Source: a phage
Assembly (NCBI GenBank): GCA_018175275.1
Contig: GCA_018175275.1_4531.1
Strand: one strand, 5' to 3'
Length of the DNA stretch: 64,000 nucleotides
Numbering within the stretch: position 1 is the first letter of the stretch; every line of letters begins with the position of its first letter. Positions 25,905 to 36,402 of the stretch are shown piece after piece. A program made the position numbers and the translations under genes. A model generated the notes under the pieces. That model saw only the letters and a program-made list of their open reading frames with translations. It had not been told where the DNA came from and did no database searches.

Positions 25905-26071
25905 ACAATATGGAGCAGGAGAAGTTTATAAAATATTCAACCGAAAAGGTGATAAACTTTTACTAACTTTGACTATTCCAGAAACAATGTGCAAGGCGGG
26001 GTTAGACCGCCTTTTGTTTTTTAAACACAATATCCCACCAGGGGAATATACAGCTAAAAAGGTGAGCAATA

Positions 26072-26647
26072 TTGGCAGGTGAACCAAAAATAATGTGGGG
26101 TGAAGGAACACCCTGGAAAACACAAGCGGAATTTTATACTTATCTTAGAGGATGTTTTAGAAAAGCATGGATGAGACACCCTAATAAAATTAAGGTTATC
26201 AATGCAAGGCGTTTTAAAGTTGATCGCGTAGATAAAGACGGCAATGTGATGATAGACAAGAAAACTGGAAAACCAAAACAAGTTTGGAATTGTGAGTGCG
26301 AAATATGTGGACATAGAGGAGGAATGAAAGACTTCCAAGTGGATCATATTCACGCAGCAAAACAACTTCAATGTTTTGATGATATTCCTCTTTTTGTTTT
26401 CCGTTTAATCTATGTGAAAGAAGAAGATTTGCGAATGGTTTGTAAATTGTGCAACTCTATTCTTGCTTATGCAGACAAGCAAGGCATATCTTTTGAAGAA
26501 GCGAAAGCTGAAAAAGAAGCAATAGCTTTGTGTAGAGCTAAGAAAGATAAAGCTTGGTTGAAGAAGCGTAAAATAGAACCTGAAAGCACAGTAGCAAAAC
26601 GCCGTAAACAAATAGTCAAAATCCTATTGCAGGAAATTGAAAGTTAG
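26072..26647 (+). CDS. putative HNH endonuclease
   Basis: 191 aa; CECEICGHRGGMKDFQVDHIHA ... LCNSIL fits the His-Me finger pattern. Confidence 0.45.
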   Translation: MAGEPKIMWGEGTPWKTQAEFYTYLRGCFRKAWMRHPNKIKVINARRFKVDRVDKDGNVMIDKKTGKPKQVWNCECEICGHRGGMKDFQVDHIHAAKQLQCFDDIPLFVFRLIYVKEEDLRMVCKLCNSILAYADKQGISFEEAKAEKEAIALCRAKKDKAWLKKRKIEPESTVAKRRKQIVKILLQEIES

Positions 26648-26683
26648 TATAAGATAACTATACTGAAAGAGAGAGGAGGTTTT

Positions 26684-27292
26684 ATGCAGATAGTATGTGA
26701 TTGGGATTTAGTTGTGGCTCCATTAGATGTTGCTTGGTTAGAATGGTTGAATAAGATTAGTGGACTTGGTGTTAAGATAGACACATTCACAAAAAATGCA
26801 GACTATGATCTTACCAACTACTTTCCTGGTTTCAGGGAGGAGTTCAATATAGATCCTTACGGATTTCTGGATAATCCTCATCTCTATGATACAATGGGTT
26901 TTGTTCCAGGTATGCCAGATTTCTTAAAGTATGTTTCAAGGAAAGGTAGCAATCTTTTGATCGCAAGTGTGACAAAAGGTGGTCACTTAAGTTCTAAACA
27001 TAAGCATGTTTTAAGAACGTTAGATACGATTGATTTTAGCAAAGGATCTGGTAACGGCTTTTTTGCTACGAAAGAAAAATACTTATTGCCTTGTGATATA
27101 GCAATAGATGACAGGGCTGATAACCTACTATATTTTCCAGATGAAGTGGTTAAAATATATTTTAATACGCCTTATAAAGATAACCATCTAGAAGAACTAA
27201 AGAAAAAACCAAATGTTGTGATCACAGGTTTAGAAGATCAGTGGCTAACATGTTTGGATGTTTTTAACACTTTGAACAATTTTAAAAACTAA
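26684..27292 (+). CDS. hypothetical protein (weak HAD-like nucleotidase resemblance)
   Basis: 202 aa; N-terminal IVCDWDLVVAPLD and internal AIDDRAD loosely resemble HAD motifs; not convincing. Confidence 0.3.
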   Translation: MQIVCDWDLVVAPLDVAWLEWLNKISGLGVKIDTFTKNADYDLTNYFPGFREEFNIDPYGFLDNPHLYDTMGFVPGMPDFLKYVSRKGSNLLIASVTKGGHLSSKHKHVLRTLDTIDFSKGSGNGFFATKEKYLLPCDIAIDDRADNLLYFPDEVVKIYFNTPYKDNHLEELKKKPNVVITGLEDQWLTCLDVFNTLNNFKN

Positions 27293-27301
27293 GGAGAAAA
27301 A

Positions 27302-28300
27302 ATGACAAAACAGATTTCGGCTAGTATTATTGCGCATTCCATCACTGAAGACGGAAAAGAGATTGTAACTTTTGAACTGGAATATCCACGTATTATTCAT
27401 TCAGAACTGATGACTCACCGCCTGTTCAGTCGTAATGCTGCTTCTAGCCGTGCTATACCTGTTAAAACACTGATTGAAATGGTGCGAAATCAACCTGCTC
27501 GTCCTTATCGTTTTGGGGCTAACCAACCTGGTATGCAGGATAAAGGTGTTGATCATGACGCTCTTATTGATGCAGGTTATACTGCTCAAGAGTGGTGGGA
27601 TCTTGCCGCGCTTAGTGCAGCACGTTTTGCAGAAGAATTCTCTTTGGCAGGGTACCACAAACAAGTTGCAAACCGTCTTCTGGAACCTTTCCAACGAATT
27701 AAAACAGTTCTGACAGCAACAGAATATGAAAATTTCTGGTGGCTACGTGATGACAAAGAAGCCGATCCTACTATCGAAGCTTTGGCTAAAGAGATGCACA
27801 AAGAGTATGAAGAATCTACACCAGAAGTGCTGAAACCAGGGCAATGGCACACACCTTATGTAGACCATTTCTATGATAATATTGGCACAGAAGGTGACGA
27901 TCATTTTGTTTTTGGTGGATACTACGTTCAAGATGAATCTGGAGAAGTTGTTGTGCTTACTTTGGAAGAAGCCAAAGCTATTTCAGCTTCGTGTTGTGCA
28001 CAGGTTAGCTATCGTCGTTTAAATGCAACTAAAGATAAAGCTTTAGATATCTATGGTCGTTTGCTGACTGGGCGTAAGGTTCATGCTTCTCCGTTTGAAC
28101 ATCAAGCTACTCCAATGCAAGAAACATGCGAACAATACGGAGAGAACTGTTTTGAAGATTTGTTTATCAATGCTCCTTGGGATTTTAACTCTTGGGAACC
28201 AGGTATTACCCATGTAGATCGTAATGGTAAGTTTTGGTCTGGCAATTTCAAAGGTTGGATTCAACATCGTCAACTTTTAACAAATCATACTAAATGGTGA
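27302..28300 (+). CDS. thyX: flavin-dependent thymidylate synthase ThyX
   Basis: 332 aa; ThyX signature R-H-R-x7-S-x-R present as MTHRLFSRNAASSRAIP. Confidence 0.65.
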   Translation: MTKQISASIIAHSITEDGKEIVTFELEYPRIIHSELMTHRLFSRNAASSRAIPVKTLIEMVRNQPARPYRFGANQPGMQDKGVDHDALIDAGYTAQEWWDLAALSAARFAEEFSLAGYHKQVANRLLEPFQRIKTVLTATEYENFWWLRDDKEADPTIEALAKEMHKEYEESTPEVLKPGQWHTPYVDHFYDNIGTEGDDHFVFGGYYVQDESGEVVVLTLEEAKAISASCCAQVSYRRLNATKDKALDIYGRLLTGRKVHASPFEHQATPMQETCEQYGENCFEDLFINAPWDFNSWEPGITHVDRNGKFWSGNFKGWIQHRQLLTNHTKW

Positions 28301-28316
28301 TCTGTTTAAATAGTTA

Positions 28317-28344
28317 TTGACTTTAGTATTAGTTTTAGTATAAT
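28317..28344 (+). promoter_or_regulatory. sigma70-like promoter (TTGACT-N16-TATAAT)
   Basis: -35 28317-28322, -10 TATAAT 28339-28344; followed by a GGGAGGA...TCCTCCC hairpin in the leader. Confidence 0.5.
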
Positions 28345-28398
28345 ATAGCACAATACTGGGAGGAGGTGAGTCCTCCCATTCAAAACGAAGGAGAAAAT

Positions 28399-28809
28399 AT
28401 GTCATTAGTAAATACTACAACTTGGGCTACCGTAAGCATGTCTACTGTAATGTCTACCCCTATCTGGAAACTAGAATCAAATAAACACAATGGCAATATC
28501 CCACACGAGAAACAAAATGCTGTTATTAGAGCGTCGCTTGTAATGCTGGGTATGGCTGAAGATTCACACTATTCTGTTGAGCGTAATGTGAATATCCGAA
28601 GCAATAACGATAAGCGAGTAGTGTTTGCAAATACAACGCTTTTCACTTTCCCTGTTTCACCTAATTGTGGTTTTAAACGAATCTATCAAGAAAATGATAT
28701 TTTTCATTTTGGTGATGAAGAATTTACAGGTTGGGGTGCGTCACATATTAAGATGGATGATTTCGGTAACTCTTATGATCCTGCGAAAGCAGATGATACT
28801 AATCAATGA
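28399..28809 (+). CDS. hypothetical protein
   Basis: ATG 28399 with GAAGGAGAAAAT RBS (MSLVNTTTW...). Confidence 0.4.
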   Translation: MSLVNTTTWATVSMSTVMSTPIWKLESNKHNGNIPHEKQNAVIRASLVMLGMAEDSHYSVERNVNIRSNNDKRVVFANTTLFTFPVSPNCGFKRIYQENDIFHFGDEEFTGWGASHIKMDDFGNSYDPAKADDTNQ

Positions 28810-29060
28810 GAGGGACAATGACTGATAATAAATATGAAGGCTGTGAAATCGAAGTCTATTTTGATGAAACTATTGGTTGTAATGTAACTGTAATTCTAGA
28901 CACTTCAAAACGTTTATCTCCTAAAAGACAAGAAGCAGATCGTCGAGCAAAAGCAAAAGGGTTTGATGACATAACTCATTTTGAAGGTTTTCTATATGCT
29001 AATGGACTTTTTAATGAAATGAAGTTCGGTTATGATGTAGATGTTTTGAATATGCATTAA
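28806..29060 (+). CDS. hypothetical small protein
   Basis: 84-aa ORF immediately upstream of nrdA. Confidence 0.35.
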   Translation: MRGTMTDNKYEGCEIEVYFDETIGCNVTVILDTSKRLSPKRQEADRRAKAKGFDDITHFEGFLYANGLFNEMKFGYDVDVLNMH

Positions 29061-29076
29061 TAATAGGGAGGAGAAG

Positions 29077-31320
29077 TTGATTCGTTTTGTAACTAAATCT
29101 AATGGTAAGACAGAGGAGTTTAACCCAGAAAAACTTCGCAAGTGGTCTGAATTTGCAGCAGGTAAACTAAACTGGTCTGAAATTGAATTAGAAGCTGTGA
29201 AGCGGTGTTATGACGGTGTGTCTACACGTGATCTGCATAAAGCAATGATTGCAGCGTGTATTGACAAGAAAACACAAGCTTACAGTGATATGGCAGGAAG
29301 ACTTCTTCTGGGTATGATTTACAAACAGGCTCATGGGGGATACCACAGTATCCCTTCACTGAATACCTTTTATCATGATATGGTAGAACGTGGTCATTGG
29401 GCTAAAATGGATTATACTGATGAAGAGATCAAAGAAATCGGTAAGATTGTAAAGCATAATAAAAATCTAACTTATGGTTATTCTGTTTTACGTCAAATGG
29501 TGGATAAATATCTTATTCGAGATGCAGTAAACGATGTGGTGCATGAGTCTCCACAGTTCCTTTTCATTGGTATCGCAATGAAGGTTATGGAGATCCAACC
29601 AAAAGAACGCCGTATAGAAGATATTAAAAAACTTTATACTTATGTCAGCGATCTTAAGATTAATCTGCCATCGCCATATCTGACAACTCTACGAACTCCA
29701 ATCAAAGGAAGTGCGTCTTGTTGTTTATTCCGTGCAGACGATACGGCAGAGTCTTTAGCCATTGCTAATTACTTAGCTCATGAGTATACGTTGAATAACG
29801 CAGGTATTGGTGTTAATCTTCAAACTCGTGCCACAGGTCAAGGTGTTAAGAATAATCGTATTATTCACGGTGGTCTTCTTCCGTATCTGAAATGGATGGA
29901 AGATAGTGTTGGAGCTTCAAAGCAAGCAAGCCGTGGAGGTAGTGCTACAGTTACCTTTACCATACTTGAACCAGACTTCGACGATCTGATTCGACTGAAG
30001 AATCCAACAACACCTATAGATAAACGAGTGGATAAACTAGATTATTCTATTGTTGTTAACCGTTCGTTCTTGCGTCGAGCAGCAAAAAACGAAGACTGGA
30101 TGTTAGTTAGTTGTGATGATGCTCCTGAACTTTATGAAGCTTTATATAAAAGTGAAGAAGAGTTTGATGCAGTTTATGACAAAGTAAGTCGTCGTCGCAT
30201 TAAGAAAAAATTTGTTAAGGCTCGTGATCTTCTGACAGAGATTATTGTTCAACGTGCAGAAACAGGACGTATTTACATGTTCTTTGCTGACAACGTTAAC
30301 AACCATACACCTTTCTTGGATACGGTGTATCAATCAAACCTGTGTCAAGAGATCTTCTTACCAACTAAAGCTTTTCACAGTATGCCGGATCTCTTTACTG
30401 GTGAAAATACAGAAGATCAAGAATTGGCTTTATGTTTCTTATCTTCTATTGTTGCTGGTCGTGTATTACCTGAAGAATATGAGGATGTTGCATACTACAC
30501 TGTATTGACAATTGACAACGTTATTGAAACAATGGATTATCCATTTAAACATAACGAAATAACTGCTAAAGCACGTAGATCTATTGGTGTAGGCATTACA
30601 AACTTAGCACATTACTTGGCAAGTAATTTTGTAAATTATTCAGATGATTATGCTAAAAAATTAATGCATGAACTTGCAGAACGTCATTACTTTTGGTTGG
30701 CAAAAGCCTCTTTGCGTCTGGCTAAGGAAAAAGGTAATGCAGAATGGATCGATAAGACCAAATGGCCTCAAGGTTGGCTACCGATTGACACCTATGCTAA
30801 AGCAGTAGATAGTGTCGGTAACTTTGATCTTAAAATGGACTGGGAAGGTTTACGTGCTGAAATCATTGAACAAGGTGGTATCCGTAATAGTGTCTTGGCT
30901 GCTATTGCACCTAATGAGTCCAGCAGTTTGGTAAGCAATACTACTAACTCTCTGTACCCTGTTCGTGATACTATTATGTATAAACAAAGTCAGAAAGGTA
31001 GTGTATTATTTATTGTTCCAGACTACGAAAAACTGAAAATGTTCTACCAATCCGCCTGGGATACTCCGGCTAAAGACCTTGCAGAAATGTATGGTATCTT
31101 TACCAAGTTTACAGACCAAGGAATTTCTTGTGATTCTTGGCTAGATTATTCTAAATTGGTAGGTGGACGTTTATCAGTGAAAGCCGAGATGCAGTTTATT
31201 CTGAATTTTGCTAGATTGGGTGGCAAGTCGTTGTATTATCTTAACAGTAGAACAAAATCAGCAGATTCTTTAGCACAAGAAGATTCTGAAGACGAAGGGT
31301 GTAGTGCCTGTAAAATGTAG
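29077..31320 (+). CDS. nrdA: ribonucleotide reductase class Ia large subunit NrdA
   Basis: 747 aa; N-terminal ATP-cone-like segment, active-site N-L-C-Q-E motif, C-terminal Cys pair EGCSACKM; TTG start with GGGAGGAG RBS. Confidence 0.7.
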   Translation: MIRFVTKSNGKTEEFNPEKLRKWSEFAAGKLNWSEIELEAVKRCYDGVSTRDLHKAMIAACIDKKTQAYSDMAGRLLLGMIYKQAHGGYHSIPSLNTFYHDMVERGHWAKMDYTDEEIKEIGKIVKHNKNLTYGYSVLRQMVDKYLIRDAVNDVVHESPQFLFIGIAMKVMEIQPKERRIEDIKKLYTYVSDLKINLPSPYLTTLRTPIKGSASCCLFRADDTAESLAIANYLAHEYTLNNAGIGVNLQTRATGQGVKNNRIIHGGLLPYLKWMEDSVGASKQASRGGSATVTFTILEPDFDDLIRLKNPTTPIDKRVDKLDYSIVVNRSFLRRAAKNEDWMLVSCDDAPELYEALYKSEEEFDAVYDKVSRRRIKKKFVKARDLLTEIIVQRAETGRIYMFFADNVNNHTPFLDTVYQSNLCQEIFLPTKAFHSMPDLFTGENTEDQELALCFLSSIVAGRVLPEEYEDVAYYTVLTIDNVIETMDYPFKHNEITAKARRSIGVGITNLAHYLASNFVNYSDDYAKKLMHELAERHYFWLAKASLRLAKEKGNAEWIDKTKWPQGWLPIDTYAKAVDSVGNFDLKMDWEGLRAEIIEQGGIRNSVLAAIAPNESSSLVSNTTNSLYPVRDTIMYKQSQKGSVLFIVPDYEKLKMFYQSAWDTPAKDLAEMYGIFTKFTDQGISCDSWLDYSKLVGGRLSVKAEMQFILNFARLGGKSLYYLNSRTKSADSLAQEDSEDEGCSACKM

Positions 31321-31389
31321 TAGGAGAACAGATGAAGAAGGGTAAACGTAAAGTTACCGTTCTCACAGAGAGGGGAGAAATCCCCTTGA

Positions 31390-31989
31390 TTGTGGATGTT
31401 GAACGTAGATTGTGGGAAGGTGGTGTTATCAATGGAAAAAAGGGTTAATACATTCATAGATCCTTCCTATGCAGCTTGGAAAGGCATGTTTAATCGCGCA
31501 TATCGTATGGAAAACATTAGACCAGGTTATAAAGATGTTACCGTGTGTGATGCTTGGTTCACCTTTTCAAACTTTGATAACTGGTATCAAGAACATAACG
31601 TGGAAGGCTTTGTTTTAGATAAAGATCTTGTTCTTGAAGGAAATACTGTTTACTGTCCTGAATATTGTAGGTTTGTTCCTCCTTACATAAATACACTCTT
31701 AAGTTATGCTAAGAGGTATGAAAGAAAATACTTACTAGGAGCACATGTTAGGAAAGATGGTAAGATTTATGCCAAAGCTTCTGGGAGCAAAGGTAAGCAT
31801 TTAGGTTACTTCGCTACAGAGGAAGAGGCACACTTCGCTTGGCTAAAGGATAAAGCTAAGTCAATCAGGGAAACAGCGGATCGTTACAAAGAGGAAGAAC
31901 ATTTTTATCAAGAGGTGTACAACACTCTTGTAAACAAGGCGGATTTCTATTGGCATCTGGCTGAAACAAAAACAGTGTTTCGAGGCTAA
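31390..31989 (+). CDS. HNH-AP2 homing endonuclease between nrdA and nrdB
   Basis: VTVCDAWFTFSNFDNW and HLGYFATEEEAHFAW are paralogous to the HNH-AP2 protein at 21295-21936; start may be ATG 31432. Confidence 0.5.
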   Translation: MWMLNVDCGKVVLSMEKRVNTFIDPSYAAWKGMFNRAYRMENIRPGYKDVTVCDAWFTFSNFDNWYQEHNVEGFVLDKDLVLEGNTVYCPEYCRFVPPYINTLLSYAKRYERKYLLGAHVRKDGKIYAKASGSKGKHLGYFATEEEAHFAWLKDKAKSIRETADRYKEEEHFYQEVYNTLVNKADFYWHLAETKTVFRG

Positions 31990-31995
31990 ATATAA

Positions 31996-32016
31996 AGGGG
32001 CTTCGGCCCCCTTTTT
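31996..32016 (+). terminator. GGGGC-TTCG-GCCCC hairpin terminator
   Basis: tetraloop hairpin followed by TTTTT. Confidence 0.5.
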
Positions 32017-32033
32017 ATCGAGGAGAATTTTAA

Positions 32034-33122
32034 ATGGCAGCAATTAATTTACACAATGAAGTTTACAAAACAGGAAAATATCCAGTATTTTTAGGGGAAC
32101 AATTAGGGATCTTTGATTCTGTTAACGTGACTTATCCAGAAATGCACAAACTCTACAAACTTCAAAAAGCACAAGATTGGGATGAAAACGAAGTTAACTT
32201 GGATCAGACACGTAAAGATTTCGTAGCTTGTTCTAAAAACAACTATGATGTTATGATTAAAAACTTATCGTTCCAATGGGAAAATGATTCTCTTGCAAAA
32301 TCAATCATCACTTTGTTCTCTCCATTCTTGAGTAACAATGAAGCCTGTGCTATGATGATGAAGCAGAGTGAAATGGAAGTTCTCCATGCGTTAACGTATT
32401 CTGAAATAATCCGTCAATGTACTCCAGATCCAATCGAAGTCATCAATCAGATTATGATTAATGATAAAATTTTCAATCGTATGGGTATCATTGCTGATAT
32501 CATGGGTCAGTTGGAAGAAGCTGGTCATAAGTATGCTCTAGGATTGATTGAAGCTAACGATGAACTTCGACTGCTGATTCTTAAAGGGATGGTAGCCCTG
32601 ATTGGGTTAGAAGGTATTCAGTTTATATCTTCCTTCTCTGCTACTTTTGCTATGGCAGAACAACAACTGTTTGTTGGAGCTTGTAAACTGATCCAGAAAA
32701 TTATGCTAGATGAAATCTTGCATGTTAAGATGGATTATGCTGTAATTGATGCATTGATGCATGACCCAATTTGGCGTAAAATTTACGAAGACAATATCGA
32801 AGAGTTGACTTTGATTCTCGACACTGTTGTTGAACAAGAGGAACAGTGGTGTGACTACCTGTTTAGTGAAGGGCGTTTTATTGTAGGTCTTAACGCCGAA
32901 TTGTCTAAACAATGGGTTTATTTCAATGCTGCTCCTATTTATCGTCGATTGAAAATGAAAGCCAAGTTTAAAGCACCTAAACATAGTCCTTTAGCTTGGA
33001 TGGAAAAATGGTTGAATCCTGATTTGATTCAGTCAGCAGCCCAAGAGATTCAGTTAACTAACTACAAATTAAATTCAGCTAACAAAGATCTCTCTGATGA
33101 TGAGGAGCTTGACTTCGAATGA
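32034..33122 (+). CDS. nrdB: ribonucleotide reductase class Ia small subunit NrdB
   Basis: 362 aa, size and position after nrdA; ferritin-like helical protein with Glu/His-rich segments. Confidence 0.6.
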   Translation: MAAINLHNEVYKTGKYPVFLGEQLGIFDSVNVTYPEMHKLYKLQKAQDWDENEVNLDQTRKDFVACSKNNYDVMIKNLSFQWENDSLAKSIITLFSPFLSNNEACAMMMKQSEMEVLHALTYSEIIRQCTPDPIEVINQIMINDKIFNRMGIIADIMGQLEEAGHKYALGLIEANDELRLLILKGMVALIGLEGIQFISSFSATFAMAEQQLFVGACKLIQKIMLDEILHVKMDYAVIDALMHDPIWRKIYEDNIEELTLILDTVVEQEEQWCDYLFSEGRFIVGLNAELSKQWVYFNAAPIYRRLKMKAKFKAPKHSPLAWMEKWLNPDLIQSAAQEIQLTNYKLNSANKDLSDDEELDFE

Positions 33123-33328
33123 TTTTGAAATGTGTTGGTATAATCGACACATTCAAAGACGTTTTTGATAAAGGGGCTTCTTATGAAGCCTCTGAAATGA
33201 AGAATGGTTTTTGTGATGTATTCGGTAAACGCCTGAAGAAAAACGGCGATCCTTGGCTAGGAGTTATGTCTTGTGGTCATATTATTGTAAATGGTGTTGC
33301 CAAGTTTGAAATAATTAAGGAGGAATAA
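33119..33328 (+). CDS. hypothetical small protein
   Basis: 69-aa ORF. Confidence 0.3.
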   Translation: MILKCVGIIDTFKDVFDKGASYEASEMKNGFCDVFGKRLKKNGDPWLGVMSCGHIIVNGVAKFEIIKEE

Positions 33329-33481
33329 TGGCTGAAAAACTTATTTTTTGTCCTGTGTGTGGTGGGACTGGACAAATGGAAGTGGAAATTATGGTAACAT
33401 TTCCTTGCCTGAATTGTCATGGTGAGGGGCGAGTAGTAGTCTTTGAAAAAGAAGGGTTGGAGGTAGAAGATGGAGAGTGAA
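33329..33481 (+). CDS. hypothetical DnaJ-type zinc-finger mini-protein (not in ORF track)
   Basis: 50 aa; MAEKLIFCPVCGGTGQ...CLNCHGEGRVV, two CxxCxGxG repeats; AAGGAGGA RBS. Confidence 0.35.
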
Positions 33482-33623
33482 AAAGAGTATGTCCGCATTC
33501 CACGAGAATTAACAGATCACATTGCAGAAGCAATAGCTTTCGAAGCTAGATGTTGTGGAGGTATTGCTTACGATATTTATGAAGCAATTATTAAAGCTGC
33601 TCAAGAAGAGGAGGAGATGAATA

Positions 33624-33950
33624 ATGGGTATTGATATCGAATGGCGTATGTTACAGGGTGCACCATATGATAAATGGAAAGAAATATTTGGAGACGACCC
33701 ACAAGTTGAAGACCAGTTCGATGGGGACTTTAATTGGTTTCTCTGCGAAGGTTTGGGCTTGGAAAACATTTCCCCGTGGTACGATGCAGATCCTGAAGAT
33801 TGTGTCTTCGGTGTCAAGCTGTGTAGCGGCTGTGGTGCTTGTGCCATAGACCTCACAAGCTTAAATAAAAAAGCGAATGAGATCTATTTTGAACTGCTTA
33901 ATAAGTATAATATTGAAACTGAAACATTAGTATCACAAAACGTCTGGTAA
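33624..33950 (+). CDS. hypothetical protein
   Basis: 108-aa ORF with GAGGAGGAG RBS. Confidence 0.4.
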   Translation: MGIDIEWRMLQGAPYDKWKEIFGDDPQVEDQFDGDFNWFLCEGLGLENISPWYDADPEDCVFGVKLCSGCGACAIDLTSLNKKANEIYFELLNKYNIETETLVSQNVW

Positions 33951-33959
33951 GGAGAACTG

Positions 33960-34952
33960 ATGCGCTATCTGGTAACAGGTGGTCTTGGTTTTATTGGGAG
34001 TGCCGTGGTGCGCTCTCTTTGTCAAGATCCTAATAACGAAGTTTTTGTCGTTGATAAGATGAGCTATGCAGCAGATATTGAGAATGTAGGCGATATCACT
34101 CACGTTAAACTAAGCATGACAGATTTGGCAAACGAAGCCCAAGTAAAAAGTTTAGTAGTAGAGTGCAATCCCGATTTCATCATTCACTTAGCGGCAGAGA
34201 GTCATGTGGATAATTCTATCAAGAATCCACGAGTTTTCATCGACTCCAATATTATTGGTACATACAATTTATTGGAAGCTGCAAGGCTCCTCCCAAAGAA
34301 TAAACTGAAGATGTTCGTACACGTCTCCACAGACGAAGTGTACGGCGATATGGCAGACTCTGGCGTTCCCTTTACCGAAGAGACAGCTTATGCCCCTTCA
34401 AGCCCATACAGTGCGTCTAAGGCAGCATCTGACCATCTTGTGAAAGCTTGGCACCGTACCTACGATTTGCCTGTTGTGATAACCAACTGCTCCAATAACT
34501 TTGGACCCTATCAACATCCAGAAAAGCTGATCCCAAAAATCATCACAAGTATCTTGACGAATAAAGAGATTCCGGTGTATGGTAAAGGCGATCAGGTGCG
34601 AGACTGGCTTTTTGTTGAGGATCATGCGCGAGCTATTCTTCAAGTGGCAACAGGTGGAGAACCAGGTAAAACGTATAATGTGGGAACACGTAATCCCAAA
34701 ACCAATATGGAGATCATCTATATGGTTTGTGACTACATGGATGCTGTACATCCAGAAGCAGGAACCTACCCTTCTTCCAACTTGATAACTTTTGTTGAAG
34801 ATCGTAAAGGGCATGACTTGCGTTATGAAATCAATCCTTCTAAGATAGAGTCTGAACTGGGTTGGAGTGCAAACTCTACATTTGAACAAGATCTCTACTC
34901 AACGATTGAATGGTACTTAAACAACCCTCAATGGTGGAGTGGGAAGATTTAA
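33960..34952 (+). CDS. rmlB: dTDP-glucose 4,6-dehydratase (RmlB/RfbB)
   Basis: 330 aa; N-terminal TGGLGFIGS Rossmann motif, catalytic YSASKAA (YxxxK). Confidence 0.7.
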   Translation: MRYLVTGGLGFIGSAVVRSLCQDPNNEVFVVDKMSYAADIENVGDITHVKLSMTDLANEAQVKSLVVECNPDFIIHLAAESHVDNSIKNPRVFIDSNIIGTYNLLEAARLLPKNKLKMFVHVSTDEVYGDMADSGVPFTEETAYAPSSPYSASKAASDHLVKAWHRTYDLPVVITNCSNNFGPYQHPEKLIPKIITSILTNKEIPVYGKGDQVRDWLFVEDHARAILQVATGGEPGKTYNVGTRNPKTNMEIIYMVCDYMDAVHPEAGTYPSSNLITFVEDRKGHDLRYEINPSKIESELGWSANSTFEQDLYSTIEWYLNNPQWWSGKI

Positions 34953-34960
34953 GGAGGGCT

Positions 34961-35839
34961 ATGAAAGGTATTATTTTGGCGGGAGGAAGTGGAACCCGCC
35001 TTCATCCGGTAACACGCAGTGTGAGCAAGCAATTGCTCCCTGTGTATGACAAACCCATGATCTACTACCCTTTATCGGTATTGATGTTGGCTGACATTAA
35101 GGATATCTTAATCATCACCACACCAGGCGATCAGGAAGACTTTGAGTATCTTCTCGGAGATGGGTCTATGTTTGGGATAAAACTCACTTACGCAATCCAA
35201 TCCGAGCCGCGAGGTCTTGCGGACGCTTTCATCATCGGTAAAGATTTTATCGGAGAAGACTCTGTTGCTCTTATTTTAGGTGACAACCTATTCTTCGGAC
35301 AAAGCTTTGGTAAACTACTGATTAACGCCAGTGAGATGGTAGATGTTTGTGGCGGAGCTTGTATCTTCGGGTATTTGGTGAAAGATCCTGAACGATTCGG
35401 TGTGGTTGAATTTGGGAGTAATCGTCAAGCTATTTCTATTGAAGAGAAACCTGAAAATCCTAAATCAGATTATGCTGTCACAGGTTTGTATTTCTATGAT
35501 AACTCTGTTGTTCAACGTGCATTAGAAGTAACCCCTTCCGCGCGTGGAGAACTGGAGATCACAGATATCAATCGCAGCTACCTCGAAGACAGGAAGTTAC
35601 AAGTGGAAGTTCTCGGACGAGGATTTACTTGGCTTGACACAGGAACACACGCCAGTCTGATGGAAGCTGGTCAATTCGTGCAGACTATTGAGAACCGTCA
35701 AGGGTTGAAGATTGCGTGCCTGGAAGAAATTGCTTTCAAAAAAGGGTGGATTTCTTTAGAGACTTTGGTATATCATGGAAACTCACTGAAGAAAACAGAG
35801 TACGGGCAATACCTACTCAAATTAGCGGAGAGAAAATGA
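34961..35839 (+). CDS. rmlA: glucose-1-phosphate thymidylyltransferase (RmlA/RfbA)
   Basis: [18 protein letters not shown] signature; start taken at ATG 34961 after AAGGAGGG (track ORF begins 34910). Confidence 0.7.
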   Translation: MKGIILAGGSGTRLHPVTRSVSKQLLPVYDKPMIYYPLSVLMLADIKDILIITTPGDQEDFEYLLGDGSMFGIKLTYAIQSEPRGLADAFIIGKDFIGEDSVALILGDNLFFGQSFGKLLINASEMVDVCGGACIFGYLVKDPERFGVVEFGSNRQAISIEEKPENPKSDYAVTGLYFYDNSVVQRALEVTPSARGELEITDINRSYLEDRKLQVEVLGRGFTWLDTGTHASLMEAGQFVQTIENRQGLKIACLEEIAFKKGWISLETLVYHGNSLKKTEYGQYLLKLAERK

Positions 35840-36402
35840 AAGTAGAAAAAACAAAAATTGAAGGTGCGGTAATTATCAAACCAGACGTTTATAAAGATGA
35901 TCGTGGTTTCTTTTTAGAAACATATAATGAACAAAAATACGAAGATATCATCGGTAGACAAACTTTCGTTCAAGATAACATGTCTAAATCAAACTTCGGT
36001 GTTTTGCGAGGAATGCACTTTCAAACAAATAATCCGCAAGGTAAGCTTGTTCGTTGTGTAAGTGGGGAAGTATTGGATTTCGCTGTAGACCTACGTAAAG
36101 ATAGTCCTACTTACGGTGCTTGGGACGGTGTTGTTCTTCGTGCACGACACCATACACAGTTCTGGCTTCCACCTGGTTTGGCGCATGGTTTTATAGTGTT
36201 GAGTATGGATGCTATCTTCGAATACAAATGCACAACTCCATACGACCCTTCCAGCGAACAAAGTTTACGTTGGGATGATCCTGATATAGGGATTGATTGG
36301 GGCTTCGATATGATTTTTGACGAAGATTTTAAACCTATCTTATCAACAAAAGATGCAATGGCTAAGTCTTTTCAACAGCTACGTAGCGAGGGTGTATGCT
36401 AA
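35836..36402 (+). CDS. rmlC: dTDP-4-dehydrorhamnose 3,5-epimerase (RmlC/RfbC)
   Basis: 188 aa from ATG 35836 overlapping the rmlA stop (ATGA); cupin-type epimerase motifs; gene order B-A-C-D. Confidence 0.6.
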   Translation: MKVEKTKIEGAVIIKPDVYKDDRGFFLETYNEQKYEDIIGRQTFVQDNMSKSNFGVLRGMHFQTNNPQGKLVRCVSGEVLDFAVDLRKDSPTYGAWDGVVLRARHHTQFWLPPGLAHGFIVLSMDAIFEYKCTTPYDPSSEQSLRWDDPDIGIDWGFDMIFDEDFKPILSTKDAMAKSFQQLRSEGVC

